Counted from the first letter of the stretch, positions 42,656 through 52,127 are shown. The stretch is DNA of 64,000 nucleotides from an uncultured Gammaproteobacteria bacterium (GCA_964472415.1 CAYYLC010000003.1:96075-160074); one strand, 5' to 3'. Translations and numbers: made by a program. Notes: generated by a model not told the origin, from the sequence alone.

Positions 42656-42726
42656 TGCCGAGTCGTCTAATGGTAGGACAACGGACTTTGGATCCGTTTA
42701 TTCTGGTTCGAATCCAGGCTCGGCAG
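42656..42726 (+). tRNA. tRNA-Gln(TTG), probable island integration site
   Basis: TGCCGAG/CTCGGCA acceptor stem, ACGGA-CTTTGGA-TCCGT arm, GGTTCGAATCC. Confidence 0.93.
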
Positions 42727-44409
42727 CATGATTCTACTGATAGGCTGATAATCGATCAAATTGCTTGTTATTACGGCCTTTTCTGTAGGTTCTAACGCAA
42801 ATATAATGTCCTCGATTTCTCTCTTTGCTTTCTCTATAAGAAAATATGGCCTATCTCCTGAGATTTGGAGGCTTCGATCTAGAATTGTTAGGTTCGAACC
42901 AAGTTTTGACAAAATATAGGTTTTGGTTCTAACGTCACCTGTTTCAAACTGATATTTGGCACTGCAAGCGAAGTTAAATGTCTCTTTTGACTGGAAATAC
43001 CACTCCTCTTGTTTCTTGTCCACTGAGTCAATTTGCTTCATGACATCTTTTCTCTCTTTTAGTAGTCTTTCTTCCTCATCATCGTAGAACTTCTGCATTT
43101 CAGTACCATTCGTGACGTTTTCTCTTGAGATTCTAAGTCTCGTAAGCCGCGCAAGCGCTTTATCACAGTTTTCCATCTGTTTTACAAGGTTTTCTTTAAT
43201 ACTTCTAATGTCTGTTTCTTCTTTATCATTTAGTTCATTTAAGTGATCTATGCACCAATCGCGGAACTCTTCCGTTAATTCAAATTTGTTAAGCTCTGTT
43301 TTGATCTTATCTTCAAGATTTTTCAGTGTCACACTACCTTGAGAACAAGTCTTAGTAACTCTTTTTGTGCAGTGGTAGAACACATAATGCAGCAACTTTG
43401 GATTTTTCATTTCCTCAATTAAAGTGCCACATTTAGGACAAGCATTTGTCAGTTTTCCTTTATGGAACTTTTGCTTACAAGTTGAGCAGATTATTTGCAT
43501 CTTTTCCTCAGCAGTCACACTTCCGTCACATTCACCACATTTGAGAACATGCTTATATGCGAATTCATGTCGTGCCATACGTGGCTTGCCTTTGCGTCCT
43601 AAACGCACCTGTAGTGTGTCAAATTCATCTTCAGTGAGCATTGGCTTATGTGTTCCAAATACTTCTCCTTCAGATCGCACCATGAGGCCATAATAGTAAC
43701 TATCTGTGAGGATTCTGTACCATCCAGATTTTGCCATTGGCAAACCGCCTTTACTTCCTCTTGCTCTTGATCTAAATTTCCATTTGTTATTTAGAACATC
43801 TAATGCTTCCATTGGAGTATAAGTTCCATCAATAATCAATCTCATTGCATTTTGCAGTAATGGAAATCTTTCCTCATCCACGCCTATTTTCTTTTCCTTG
43901 GTGGCTTCATCATAGTAGTTGAAGTATCCTGGCTTGGCAGGGCCGATCCATTTTTTAAGGTTGTGGAATATGTAATGGTTACCACGCTTCACATTCTTAC
44001 TCAGATTCCTGGAGTATTGGTTTGCCATTCCAAAATGAATTTGCAGAATAAGGTGATCTGAATCCTGTGTGTATCTTTCACCGTCAGTACTTCGAATTTC
44101 TTGAAGCTTTCCATCTTGTAACAGCTGGAGAAGATGTCCACCTTCCATTGGATTGCGGCACAGTCTGTCTGGCTTCCAAGTAAGAATTGCATTTATCTTA
44201 CGAGCCTCAATGAGTTCAATCATTTTTGTGAACTCTGGCCTATTGTTTGGCTTATATGCAGATTTTGACTCTTGGAAGATATGAGTAACTGTCAAATTGT
44301 CTCTATCAACTGCTTTTTTACACTCCTCATTCTGCTCGTTAATAGACATCGCCTGTTTCTCTTTTGACTCTGATGACTTTCTTGAATATTGTGCGTATAC
44401 TAGTTTCAT
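42667..44409 (-). CDS. Large serine recombinase (resolvase, recombinase, zinc ribbon and coiled-coil domains)
   Basis: YSRKSS catalytic Ser, KPDRLCRN, YSRNLSKNVKRG, LKCGECD...YHC...C; last 19 codons plus stop are antisense to tRNA-Gln. Confidence 0.93.
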   Translation of the reverse strand: MKLVYAQYSRKSSESKEKQAMSINEQNEECKKAVDRDNLTVTHIFQESKSAYKPNNRPEFTKMIELIEARKINAILTWKPDRLCRNPMEGGHLLQLLQDGKLQEIRSTDGERYTQDSDHLILQIHFGMANQYSRNLSKNVKRGNHYIFHNLKKWIGPAKPGYFNYYDEATKEKKIGVDEERFPLLQNAMRLIIDGTYTPMEALDVLNNKWKFRSRARGSKGGLPMAKSGWYRILTDSYYYGLMVRSEGEVFGTHKPMLTEDEFDTLQVRLGRKGKPRMARHEFAYKHVLKCGECDGSVTAEEKMQIICSTCKQKFHKGKLTNACPKCGTLIEEMKNPKLLHYVFYHCTKRVTKTCSQGSVTLKNLEDKIKTELNKFELTEEFRDWCIDHLNELNDKEETDIRSIKENLVKQMENCDKALARLTRLRISRENVTNGTEMQKFYDDEEERLLKERKDVMKQIDSVDKKQEEWYFQSKETFNFACSAKYQFETGDVRTKTYILSKLGSNLTILDRSLQISGDRPYFLIEKAKREIEDIIFALEPTEKAVITSNLIDYQPISRIMLPSLDSNQNKRIQSPLSYH

Positions 44410-44451
44410 TTTCTAAATTCTCCTATATATAAATTTTACCGCTATTTGAGG

Positions 44452-44970
44452 CTAAAAGTCAGCCTTTTCTGTTCGTAATGGTTTATCTTTCCAATTCATT
44501 TGCTTTATAAGTTTCTTTCTCCATACTTCATATTTCGCTTGACTCATCTTTTCATTTCGTTTTATTCCATTTGTATTATTAGTAGGAAGTATATTTCCTG
44601 GATGGAGTGGAACTTTAGTTCCTAAATGAGAGGAATTTCCATTCCTAATGCTTGAACCACTTTTTGCTTTTGAAGGTAAATCTCTTGTACTCTTCAAATT
44701 CCTGTGAACTGTATATGTATTCACTCGATTCCATCCTTCTCTTTTTATTTCAATCAATCCTTCCTTTTTTAGTTGCTTTAATAGAATTCTAATGTTTCTA
44801 TCACCGCATCCTAAAATTGCAGCAAGTGTTGTTTGTCCAGGAAAGCATGACTCTTTTTGATAACAATGTTTGAGCAATACAATGTATAAGAATCTTGCTT
44901 GAACTGAGAGCTGAGACACATCTAATAGTTCGTTTGGAACCATAGTAAAGTTTTTGCGTTTCATATTCAT
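44452..44970 (-). CDS. Winged-HTH protein (HTH_36 / replication-initiator-like)
   Basis: FTMVPNELL...LS..ARFLY..L...CFPGQTTLA..LG...L..LKKEGLI...N.Y. Confidence 0.78.
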   Translation of the reverse strand: MNMKRKNFTMVPNELLDVSQLSVQARFLYIVLLKHCYQKESCFPGQTTLAAILGCGDRNIRILLKQLKKEGLIEIKREGWNRVNTYTVHRNLKSTRDLPSKAKSGSSIRNGNSSHLGTKVPLHPGNILPTNNTNGIKRNEKMSQAKYEVWRKKLIKQMNWKDKPLRTEKADF

Positions 44971-45119
44971 TTTTTTGGAATTGGTTTATAGATCAACTTG
45001 AAAAATTCCAACAACTCAACACCAAGTTCATTGGCCTGTTCATCACTTAGCTGAATACCAAACTTTAGGAAGTAAATTACCTTGAATTCGTCGATTGCTT
45101 TTTTGCTCAGTCTCATCAT
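44967..45119 (-). CDS. Small hypothetical protein (50 aa) coupled to the HTH gene
   Basis: Manual translation MMRLSKKAIDEFKVIYFLKFGIQLSDEQANELGVELLEFFKLIYKPIPKK; ATGA overlap with 44970. Confidence 0.7.
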   Translation of the reverse strand: MMRLSKKAIDEFKVIYFLKFGIQLSDEQANELGVELLEFFKLIYKPIPKK

Positions 45120-45131
45120 GTCTACATTGTG

Positions 45132-45149
45132 TTAGAAATGATGGAACTT
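45132..45149 (+). repeat. Island junction motif, copy A (partial)
   Basis: TTAGAAATGATGGAACTT. Confidence 0.5.
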
Positions 45150-45186
45150 AAAGAGCTACAGAAAGTTGGAGATTATTTGTACACCA

Positions 45187-45960
45187 CTATTTGAGAAGAT
45201 TTTTGTATCTGCGGACTGCTTGTTTTACCATTTCATACTCTGGAATTGCATATCTATTGCGGTTCTTCTCATATTCCAATCTATTGGCCGGTGATGTTGC
45301 GGATAAGGCAATATCTGTATATCCTATGCCTTCAATATTCATCCAATACCATTCACGATCTCGTCTGAAATTGCCAGCCTTCCTATTCTTCATTCGATAG
45401 TAGTAGTTAAGTAACTTCATATGAGATTCAAAGATGTCAGGTACATTCTTTTCAAAGACTTCCTGTACATCTTTAAGTGTTGTCATTGGAGTTATGACAA
45501 TTTTTACTTCAGGTAAATCTGTATATTCTGGAGGCTTGGGTGGATCAGTTGGTTCTACTTCAATCTTTGTGTGTTGATAGCTGAAATCTCCAACAACACC
45601 ACACGCTAAAGCAAACTGAATTATCTGAGTGAAATATCCAGGCTTTTTGAATCTTTTGCATAGCTCTACTGAATCTTCTTCAAACTTCCAGAATGGCCTA
45701 TTTGTACTTCTCCATTCAAAATCTTTTGTGTCTTCAAGTGTTTGAATATCTTCATCTAGCAGTTTTATTGTCCACTTCATGAATTCCGATTCTGACATTA
45801 ACGAATTTATTCCATGCTTCTTTCTGTATTCAGGAAGCAGTCTCAGAAACTCTGGCTTATCAACAAGTAGTGCAACATCCATGTATGCAATATCATTGGT
45901 ACATTTGATGTCTATCTTTAAGTCCAGCAAATCTTTATTGTCTGCAATTCTCATTCTCAT
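45187..45960 (-). CDS. Hypothetical protein, possible C-terminal HTH-like segment
   Basis: 257 aa ORF; RDREWYW...GYTDIA...VKQAVRRY. Confidence 0.7.
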   Translation of the reverse strand: MRMRIADNKDLLDLKIDIKCTNDIAYMDVALLVDKPEFLRLLPEYRKKHGINSLMSESEFMKWTIKLLDEDIQTLEDTKDFEWRSTNRPFWKFEEDSVELCKRFKKPGYFTQIIQFALACGVVGDFSYQHTKIEVEPTDPPKPPEYTDLPEVKIVITPMTTLKDVQEVFEKNVPDIFESHMKLLNYYYRMKNRKAGNFRRDREWYWMNIEGIGYTDIALSATSPANRLEYEKNRNRYAIPEYEMVKQAVRRYKNLLK

Positions 45961-46210
45961 CTTTATTTTACTTGATGGGGGTGGCCATTTTACATGGAAG
46001 GATTATAACCAATTTGGTTAGATGCCTCTAAAATTTGCACCTATGCTGGTTAATATCTCAGCTTATGTAGAGTACCAAAGAATATTTATGCAGAGATATA
46101 AAAGCAGCATGTGAGCATTTGCTCTTACTCTTTTCATTTAAGGCTAGGAACTCTTTCAAGACTCTCTGTTATTAGAGGAAATCATTATTTCTAATAGGTG
46201 AATTATCTAC

Positions 46211-46232
46211 TTTTAATCAGGAATGATGGAAT
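46211..46232 (+). repeat. Island junction motif, copy B
   Basis: TTTTAATCAGGAATGATGGAAT. Confidence 0.75.
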
Positions 46233-46285
46233 GTTTAATCTCTGGTATTTTGATGTTCAATTTAGTACAATTAAGCTCAACTAAT

Positions 46286-46480
46286 ATGAACGCAGAGCTT
46301 GAAGAGCTTATATCTATCCAAGAGGCAGCAAGGATTTTGAATGTCAACGTTCAAACTCTGAGGAGATGGGACAGAACAGGTGTTCTCAAAGCAGTTCGTG
46401 TAGGTACTCGGAAAGGTGTTGGTGACAGACGATACCGCAAGAGTGATATTGAGGCTTATTTGTCACGAAATAAAAAATAA
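46286..46480 (+). CDS. MerR-like/excisionase HTH protein (candidate directionality factor)
   Basis: LISIQEAARILNVNVQTLRRWD..G.L.A.R...G.RRY...DI; start re-called to ATG 46286. Confidence 0.85.
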   Translation: MNAELEELISIQEAARILNVNVQTLRRWDRTGVLKAVRVGTRKGVGDRRYRKSDIEAYLSRNKK

Positions 46481-46504
46481 GCACCAAAGAGAATTAAGAA
46501 AATT

Positions 46505-47413
46505 ATGGCATTATTTACAATTACTAATAATAAGGCATCGAAAATTGCACCGATTAAAGTTGGGCTGGAGAAAGATGTACAAAAGATATTCGAAGAGAAT
46601 CTAAATGAGATTTTGAATATAACTTTTCTTGCCACTGAATACTCTACAAGTTTTGGAGGGAGAATTGATTCTCTCGGAATTGATAATAATGGTGCACCAG
46701 TCATTATTGAATATAAACGTAACCATAATGACAATGTAATCAACCAAGGCCTTTCATATCTTCGATGGTTACTAGATCATAAAGCAGATTTTGATGTATT
46801 AGCACATAAAGTAAATCCAGAAATTGAGATTGACTGGAATTCTCCACGAGTCATTTGTGTGGCTGAGAGTTATAACAAATTTGATCTGGATACTGTTGAA
46901 CTTCTTCCAATTAACATTGAACTTTTGAGATATAAAATTTATCAAAACAATCTCCTACTAGTAGAGCCAGAAACACAACAAAAAGTACGTATCTCAACCT
47001 CAAAAATTTTCAATAAAGAAAAACAAGAGAAATCAATTGGAGAAAAAGTCACTTACAAATTAGAGGATCATCTATCTGGTATCAGTTCGAAAGCAAAGGA
47101 AATATTTGAAGAGGTAAATGAAAAAATTGTTGCACTTGATGAGTCAATTATTGTTGAGCCAAAAGCGAAATATATTGCCTATAAATTGACAACAAATTTT
47201 GTTGATATTGTTGTAAAGCAATACGGCCTCAAAATTTTTCTAAATGTTCCAAGTGGTGAACTGAATGATCCTCATGGTATGGCACGTGATCTCACAAAGC
47301 CAAAACCTATTGGACACTGGGGTAATGGAGACTACGAAGTAAAAATTGAAACACAAGAGGATATAGAAAAAGTATTTGATCTAATCAAGCAAAGTTATTC
47401 ATTCAATAAATAA
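46505..47413 (+). CDS. NucS/DUF91-like endonuclease fused to a DUF5655-like domain
   Basis: LEKDVQ, GRIDSLGID, VIIEYKR, NQGLSY; C-terminal GHWGNGDYEV. Confidence 0.8.
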   Translation: MALFTITNNKASKIAPIKVGLEKDVQKIFEENLNEILNITFLATEYSTSFGGRIDSLGIDNNGAPVIIEYKRNHNDNVINQGLSYLRWLLDHKADFDVLAHKVNPEIEIDWNSPRVICVAESYNKFDLDTVELLPINIELLRYKIYQNNLLLVEPETQQKVRISTSKIFNKEKQEKSIGEKVTYKLEDHLSGISSKAKEIFEEVNEKIVALDESIIVEPKAKYIAYKLTTNFVDIVVKQYGLKIFLNVPSGELNDPHGMARDLTKPKPIGHWGNGDYEVKIETQEDIEKVFDLIKQSYSFNK

Positions 47414-47415
47414 AT

Positions 47416-48504
47416 ATGAGTTCAAAATCATTAAATTCAAATTTACACAAAGCAAGTAAAGCAAAAAAGGATGAGTTTTATACTCAACTTACAGATATTG
47501 AAAAAGAGCTTCGACACTATAAAGATCAATTCAAAGGCAAAGTTGTTTACTGCAACTGTGATGATCCTTTCGAAAGTAACTTCTTCAAATACTTCGCTTC
47601 CAATTTCAACGCACTAGGACTTAAAAAACTAATAACTACTAGTTTTTCAGGCTCACCAATCACTGGAAAGCAACTTTCTCTATTGGACATGGAAGGACTA
47701 AAACCTAAAGGAAAACAGCCATTCAAGATTGAGATTACTAATGTACCAGACAAGAATACTGATGGTGCTATCGACTTAACAGATGTGGAATGGCTATTAA
47801 AACAAGACACGAATGTATCCACTCCTCTTAAAGAAAGCGGAGACTTTAGAAGTGAAGAATGTATAGACTTACTCAAGCAATCAGATATTGTGGTAACTAA
47901 TCCACCATTCTCACTCTTTCGAGAATATATTGCTCAACTTATTGAGTATGAAAAAAAGTTTTTGATTATCGGAAATTTGAATGGAATAAGCTATCAAGAA
48001 ATATTTAAGTTAATCCAAGGCAATAGGCTTTGGCTAGGTTACAATAATGGACACAAAACTTACTTAGTTCCAGATTATTATGAGCAAAAGAATATATATG
48101 TCGGTGAGGATGGTAAAAAGTATGCCAAAATGGGAAATACAGGATGGTTTACAAATCTAGATATTAGCAAACGTCACGAAATGCTTACTCTTTATAAAAG
48201 ATATAATCCGCAAGACTTTCCACAGTACGACAACTATGACGCAATTGAAGTATCAAAAGTATTAGAAATTCCGTTAGATTATAATGGCATTATGGGTGTG
48301 CCAGTAACATTTCTTGACAAATATAATCCAGAACAATTTGAAATATTAGGGATTACTGATAGAAATCCTAAGAGCAAATATAGAACAAAAATGTATACCA
48401 AGGCTGACTCACCAATGTATAACGACTTAAACAGACGTGCAGCAATTAAATTTGATGGTAAATTAAAACCTACATATGCTCGATTGCTGATAAAGAAAAA
48501 ATGA
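47416..48504 (+). CDS. Adenine-specific DNA methyltransferase, EcoRI-like family
   Basis: KDEFYT, CNCDDP, GDFRSEEC, DIVVTNPPFSLFREY, GVPVTFLDKYNP. Confidence 0.9.
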   Translation: MSSKSLNSNLHKASKAKKDEFYTQLTDIEKELRHYKDQFKGKVVYCNCDDPFESNFFKYFASNFNALGLKKLITTSFSGSPITGKQLSLLDMEGLKPKGKQPFKIEITNVPDKNTDGAIDLTDVEWLLKQDTNVSTPLKESGDFRSEECIDLLKQSDIVVTNPPFSLFREYIAQLIEYEKKFLIIGNLNGISYQEIFKLIQGNRLWLGYNNGHKTYLVPDYYEQKNIYVGEDGKKYAKMGNTGWFTNLDISKRHEMLTLYKRYNPQDFPQYDNYDAIEVSKVLEIPLDYNGIMGVPVTFLDKYNPEQFEILGITDRNPKSKYRTKMYTKADSPMYNDLNRRAAIKFDGKLKPTYARLLIKKK

Positions 48505-48505
48505 T

Positions 48506-49609
48506 ATGAAAATTGAATTACACAAAATAAAAGTTCGTGAAGTGGTTGAAGGATACAAAGACAATGCTGAAGAAGGTGTTGTAGGATATGGTGGCGAACT
48601 TGATATTCGCCCTAAGTATCAGCGTGAATTCGTTTACAAAGACGCTCAGCGTGATGCAGTGATAGATACTGTCAAGAATGGCTTTCCTCTTAATGTCATG
48701 TATTGGGTAGTGCGTGAAGATGGTGGATATGAAGTCCTTGATGGACAGCAACGCACAATCTCGCTTGCACAATATGTAAATGGAGACTTTTCCATAGACT
48801 TTAATGGTAGGCTGGCAATGTTTCATAACTTAACTCCAGAAGAACAAAACCAGATTTTAGATTATGAGTTGATGATCTACTTTTGTGAAGGTACAGACAA
48901 AGAACGCCTTGATTGGTTTAGGATCATTAACATTGCTGGTGAGAAATTAACAGATCAAGAATTGAGAAATGCAGTATATACAGGGCCATGGCTTTCTGAC
49001 GCAAAACTTAAATTCAGTAAATCAAATTGCGTAGCATATCTTCTTTCAAATGACGGAGGTGCGTTACTCTCTGGATCACCAATAAGACAGGAATATTTAG
49101 AAACAGTACTTTCGTGGATCAATAATGGTGCAATTGAGGATTATATGGCACGTCATCAACATGATGAAAATGCCGATGAGCTATGGAATTATTTTCAAGA
49201 AGTAATCGCTTGGGTGAGAAAAACATTCTCAAACTACAGAAGAGAGATGGCAAGCGTGAATTGGGGTGAACTATACAATCAATTCAAGGATCATGAACTA
49301 AATCCTGAAAAACTGGAAGCTGAAATAAAAGTACTCATGCAGGATGAAGATGTTACAAAAAAGAGCGGTATTTATCCTTACGTTTTGACTCGTCTTGAAA
49401 AATATCTATCTATTAGAGCTTTTACTGACAAAATGAGACGAGAGGCATATGAGAGGCAAAATGGCGTATGTCCATTCTGCAAAAATAAATTTGAAATTGA
49501 AGAAATGGAAGCAGATCATATTACTCCATGGCATGAAGGTGGAAAAACAACTGCTGACAACTGTCAAATGCTTTGCAAACAAGATAATAGAACAAAATCT
49601 GGTGTGTAA
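48506..49609 (+). CDS. DUF262 (ParB/GmrS-like) plus HNH endonuclease
   Basis: RPKYQREFVY, LDGQQR, F..IN..G; CPFC...EADHITPW..GG.T..DNCQMLC. Confidence 0.9.
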   Translation: MKIELHKIKVREVVEGYKDNAEEGVVGYGGELDIRPKYQREFVYKDAQRDAVIDTVKNGFPLNVMYWVVREDGGYEVLDGQQRTISLAQYVNGDFSIDFNGRLAMFHNLTPEEQNQILDYELMIYFCEGTDKERLDWFRIINIAGEKLTDQELRNAVYTGPWLSDAKLKFSKSNCVAYLLSNDGGALLSGSPIRQEYLETVLSWINNGAIEDYMARHQHDENADELWNYFQEVIAWVRKTFSNYRREMASVNWGELYNQFKDHELNPEKLEAEIKVLMQDEDVTKKSGIYPYVLTRLEKYLSIRAFTDKMRREAYERQNGVCPFCKNKFEIEEMEADHITPWHEGGKTTADNCQMLCKQDNRTKSGV

Positions 49610-49656
49610 GTTGTATTGAATTAAAAATATGCTAAATCTGCCTATTATTACGAATA

Positions 49657-51273
49657 ATGAAAATATCGAAAATTATTGTTCAGAACTATAGATCAATTGA
49701 AAGGGTTGAGGTTAATCCAAGCAAATTTTCCATCTTTATCGGACAAAACAATCACGGCAAAACAAATTTCTTTGAGGCAATTGAATGGTTCTACAATTCC
49801 AAGTCATCAAATGAAGAAGAATATTGTAGAAAAGATTCAGACAATAAAATTCAAGTTGAGATAACTTTTGATGATGTTCTAGAAACAGACATTGAAAAAC
49901 TTACTTCTGATACCAATAAAACTAAAATTAGAAATATTTTGAATGGCTCTACTTCATTCTCTGTAATCAAATCAAGTACAGATCATAAAAGAAAATACTT
50001 TGTTAATGGTGAAGATAAAGGTAATCCTCAAGGACTAGACACTGCCATCAATGAATTTTTACCTAAGCTCGAATATGTTAATACTTCAATAAGATTAAAT
50101 GACGTTTCAAAATACAAAGACAGAAATCCTATTGGAACAATGCTTTCTGGCGTTCTCACTGCCATTATTGAAACATCACAAGACTACATTGAATTTAAGC
50201 AAACCTTCACAAAGTTATTTGACAATGCAGACTCAGAAGTTAGAAAAGAGCTTGATAAGTTAGGCGGACAAGTTGAAGTATATCTTCAGAAACAATTTCC
50301 AGGTGATACTAAGGTAAAGTTTGGTGTTAATCCACCTCATTTTACTGACTTATTAAAAAGTTTTGATACATCAATAAATGATGGAATTGAAACAACTGCT
50401 GAGGCAAAAGGTGATGGTATGCAAAGAGCAATAATGCTTTCAATTATCCAAGCATTTGCTGACTATCGTAAGAAGCAAATTGGTGGTGGAACTTTTCTGT
50501 TTATGATTGATGAAGCGGAATTGCACCTTCATCCAACTGCACAACGTTCTCTAAAGAATGCCTTATTAGACATATGTCAAACAGATCAAGTACTGGTAAA
50601 TACTCACTCCTCTGTTTTGGTTGTTGATAACAATGAACTTCAGAAGATTTTCAAGGTTGAAAAAACTGATGGAGTAACAAATATAGATGAGGTTGATGAT
50701 CTTGAGAAGATAAACATTATCTTCGAATTACTTGGTGGAAGTCCTTCCGATCTATTATTGCCAAGGAACTTTCTAATAGTAGAAGGAAAATGTGAATACG
50801 AATTCATCAAAATCATTATTGAACGTTATTATCGTGACAAATTTGATGGAATTAAGGTTTTATTTGCTGGAGGTGACTTGGATGAGCAAGAATCATCATT
50901 GCTCGCAGTCCACAAACTCTTTAATCCATTAGCTGGATCAGACAATCCAATTTATAAGGAAAGAGCTATTGTTTTAATAGACAAGCAAAATGGAGATCAG
51001 CAACATAAATTTGAAGCTTTTAAGCAAGGTTATCCTTATTTATTCAGCAATAATCATGTTTTTGAATTAACTACTACAACTCTGGAAGAATATTATCCAG
51101 ATGCATATAAGAAGAATGCTGCTGAGATCGCTCAACTGCAAGCAGACAGAAAAAAAGTTGAATATGCTAAAGAAGTTGCGTCAAAGATTACACAAGAGGA
51201 ATTTGAAAATGATATGCAGATAATATTCCAAGCACTTACTAAGTGTAATGAATGCGCTTTTAATCCGAAATAA
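49657..51273 (+). CDS. OLD-family ABC ATPase with TOPRIM-like C-terminus
   Basis: NYRSI, GQNNHGKT, KGDGMQR, IDEAELHLHP, NTHS, IVEGKCE. Confidence 0.85.
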   Translation: MKISKIIVQNYRSIERVEVNPSKFSIFIGQNNHGKTNFFEAIEWFYNSKSSNEEEYCRKDSDNKIQVEITFDDVLETDIEKLTSDTNKTKIRNILNGSTSFSVIKSSTDHKRKYFVNGEDKGNPQGLDTAINEFLPKLEYVNTSIRLNDVSKYKDRNPIGTMLSGVLTAIIETSQDYIEFKQTFTKLFDNADSEVRKELDKLGGQVEVYLQKQFPGDTKVKFGVNPPHFTDLLKSFDTSINDGIETTAEAKGDGMQRAIMLSIIQAFADYRKKQIGGGTFLFMIDEAELHLHPTAQRSLKNALLDICQTDQVLVNTHSSVLVVDNNELQKIFKVEKTDGVTNIDEVDDLEKINIIFELLGGSPSDLLLPRNFLIVEGKCEYEFIKIIIERYYRDKFDGIKVLFAGGDLDEQESSLLAVHKLFNPLAGSDNPIYKERAIVLIDKQNGDQQHKFEAFKQGYPYLFSNNHVFELTTTTLEEYYPDAYKKNAAEIAQLQADRKKVEYAKEVASKITQEEFENDMQIIFQALTKCNECAFNPK

Positions 51274-51276
51274 ATT

Positions 51277-52032
51277 ATGTCTCAATACTACAATCCAAAT
51301 CGAAAAAGAAACCTGTACGATCCTCACTCACCTGAGTTATTCCGCTTGAGTCGAGGAAAGATTGATAACTTCATCAATTGTCCACGGTGTTTTTATTTGG
51401 ACAGGCGTCTTGGTGTTGGACAGCCGCCAGGTTATCCATTTTCGCTCAATTCTGCAGTTGATAAGCTCTTGAAGAAAGAATTTGATGTTCATAGAGTAAA
51501 TGGCTCAAAACATCCACTGTGCGATAAATATGGTGTTGATGCAGTTCCGCTATCACACGATAAGATTGATGAATGGCGTGACTCTTTAAGAGGTGGAATT
51601 ACAGTTCACATTGACAGCACGAATGTTGTCATTACTGGTGGCGTGGATGATATTTGGATTTCACCAGAAGGTGAATACATTATTGTTGACTACAAGGCCA
51701 CATCTAAAGATGGTGAAGTATCACTGGATGCTGACTGGCAAATTGGATATAAGCGGCAAATGGAAATATATCAATGGCTTTTTAGGAAAAATGGCTTCAA
51801 AGTGGCTGATACTGGATATTTTGTCTACTGTAATGGAAATACTGACAAAGAAGCATTTGATGGAATGCTTGAATTTGAGATCAAACTCATTCCATACACT
51901 GGTAACACAGATTGGGTAGAAAAGACGATCCTGGACGCAATCAGGTGCCTCCAGAGCGATGTTTTACCTGAGCCTGGACAGGATTGTGACTTTTGTAAAT
52001 ACAGACAAGCTGTGAAGGAATTTGAAGATTAA
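51277..52032 (+). CDS. PD-(D/E)XK RecB/Cas4-like nuclease with Cys cluster
   Basis: LSRGKI...CPRC, GGVDDIW, IVDYK, QMEIYQW, CDFC. Confidence 0.87.
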   Translation: MSQYYNPNRKRNLYDPHSPELFRLSRGKIDNFINCPRCFYLDRRLGVGQPPGYPFSLNSAVDKLLKKEFDVHRVNGSKHPLCDKYGVDAVPLSHDKIDEWRDSLRGGITVHIDSTNVVITGGVDDIWISPEGEYIIVDYKATSKDGEVSLDADWQIGYKRQMEIYQWLFRKNGFKVADTGYFVYCNGNTDKEAFDGMLEFEIKLIPYTGNTDWVEKTILDAIRCLQSDVLPEPGQDCDFCKYRQAVKEFED

Positions 52033-52045
52033 ATAGGGCTGGGTC

Positions 52046-52127
52046 GTGGTGAAAACACCACCTCGGCTTGTTCCGCTGACACCTTAAATCAATTTGCTAC
52101 ATCACGCCTCGCTGGTGTTTTTACCAC
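52046..52127. repeat. Inverted pair of REP-like palindromes
   Basis: GTGGTGAAAACACCA (52046-52060) versus TGGTGTTTTTACCAC (52113-52127): 14/15 inverted match. Confidence 0.65.

Noticed and set aside
42603-42656. 12-bp direct repeat GGGTGCGTTTTT (42603 and 42645) upstream of tRNA-Gln
   Set aside because: Only two copies around the tRNA promoter, on the 5' side of the tRNA; no link to the island demonstrated.
51277-52032. Cas4-like nuclease as evidence for a CRISPR-Cas locus
   Set aside because: No cas1/cas2 and no regularly spaced repeat-spacer array anywhere in the window; the junction motifs are 0.26-5.9 kb apart.
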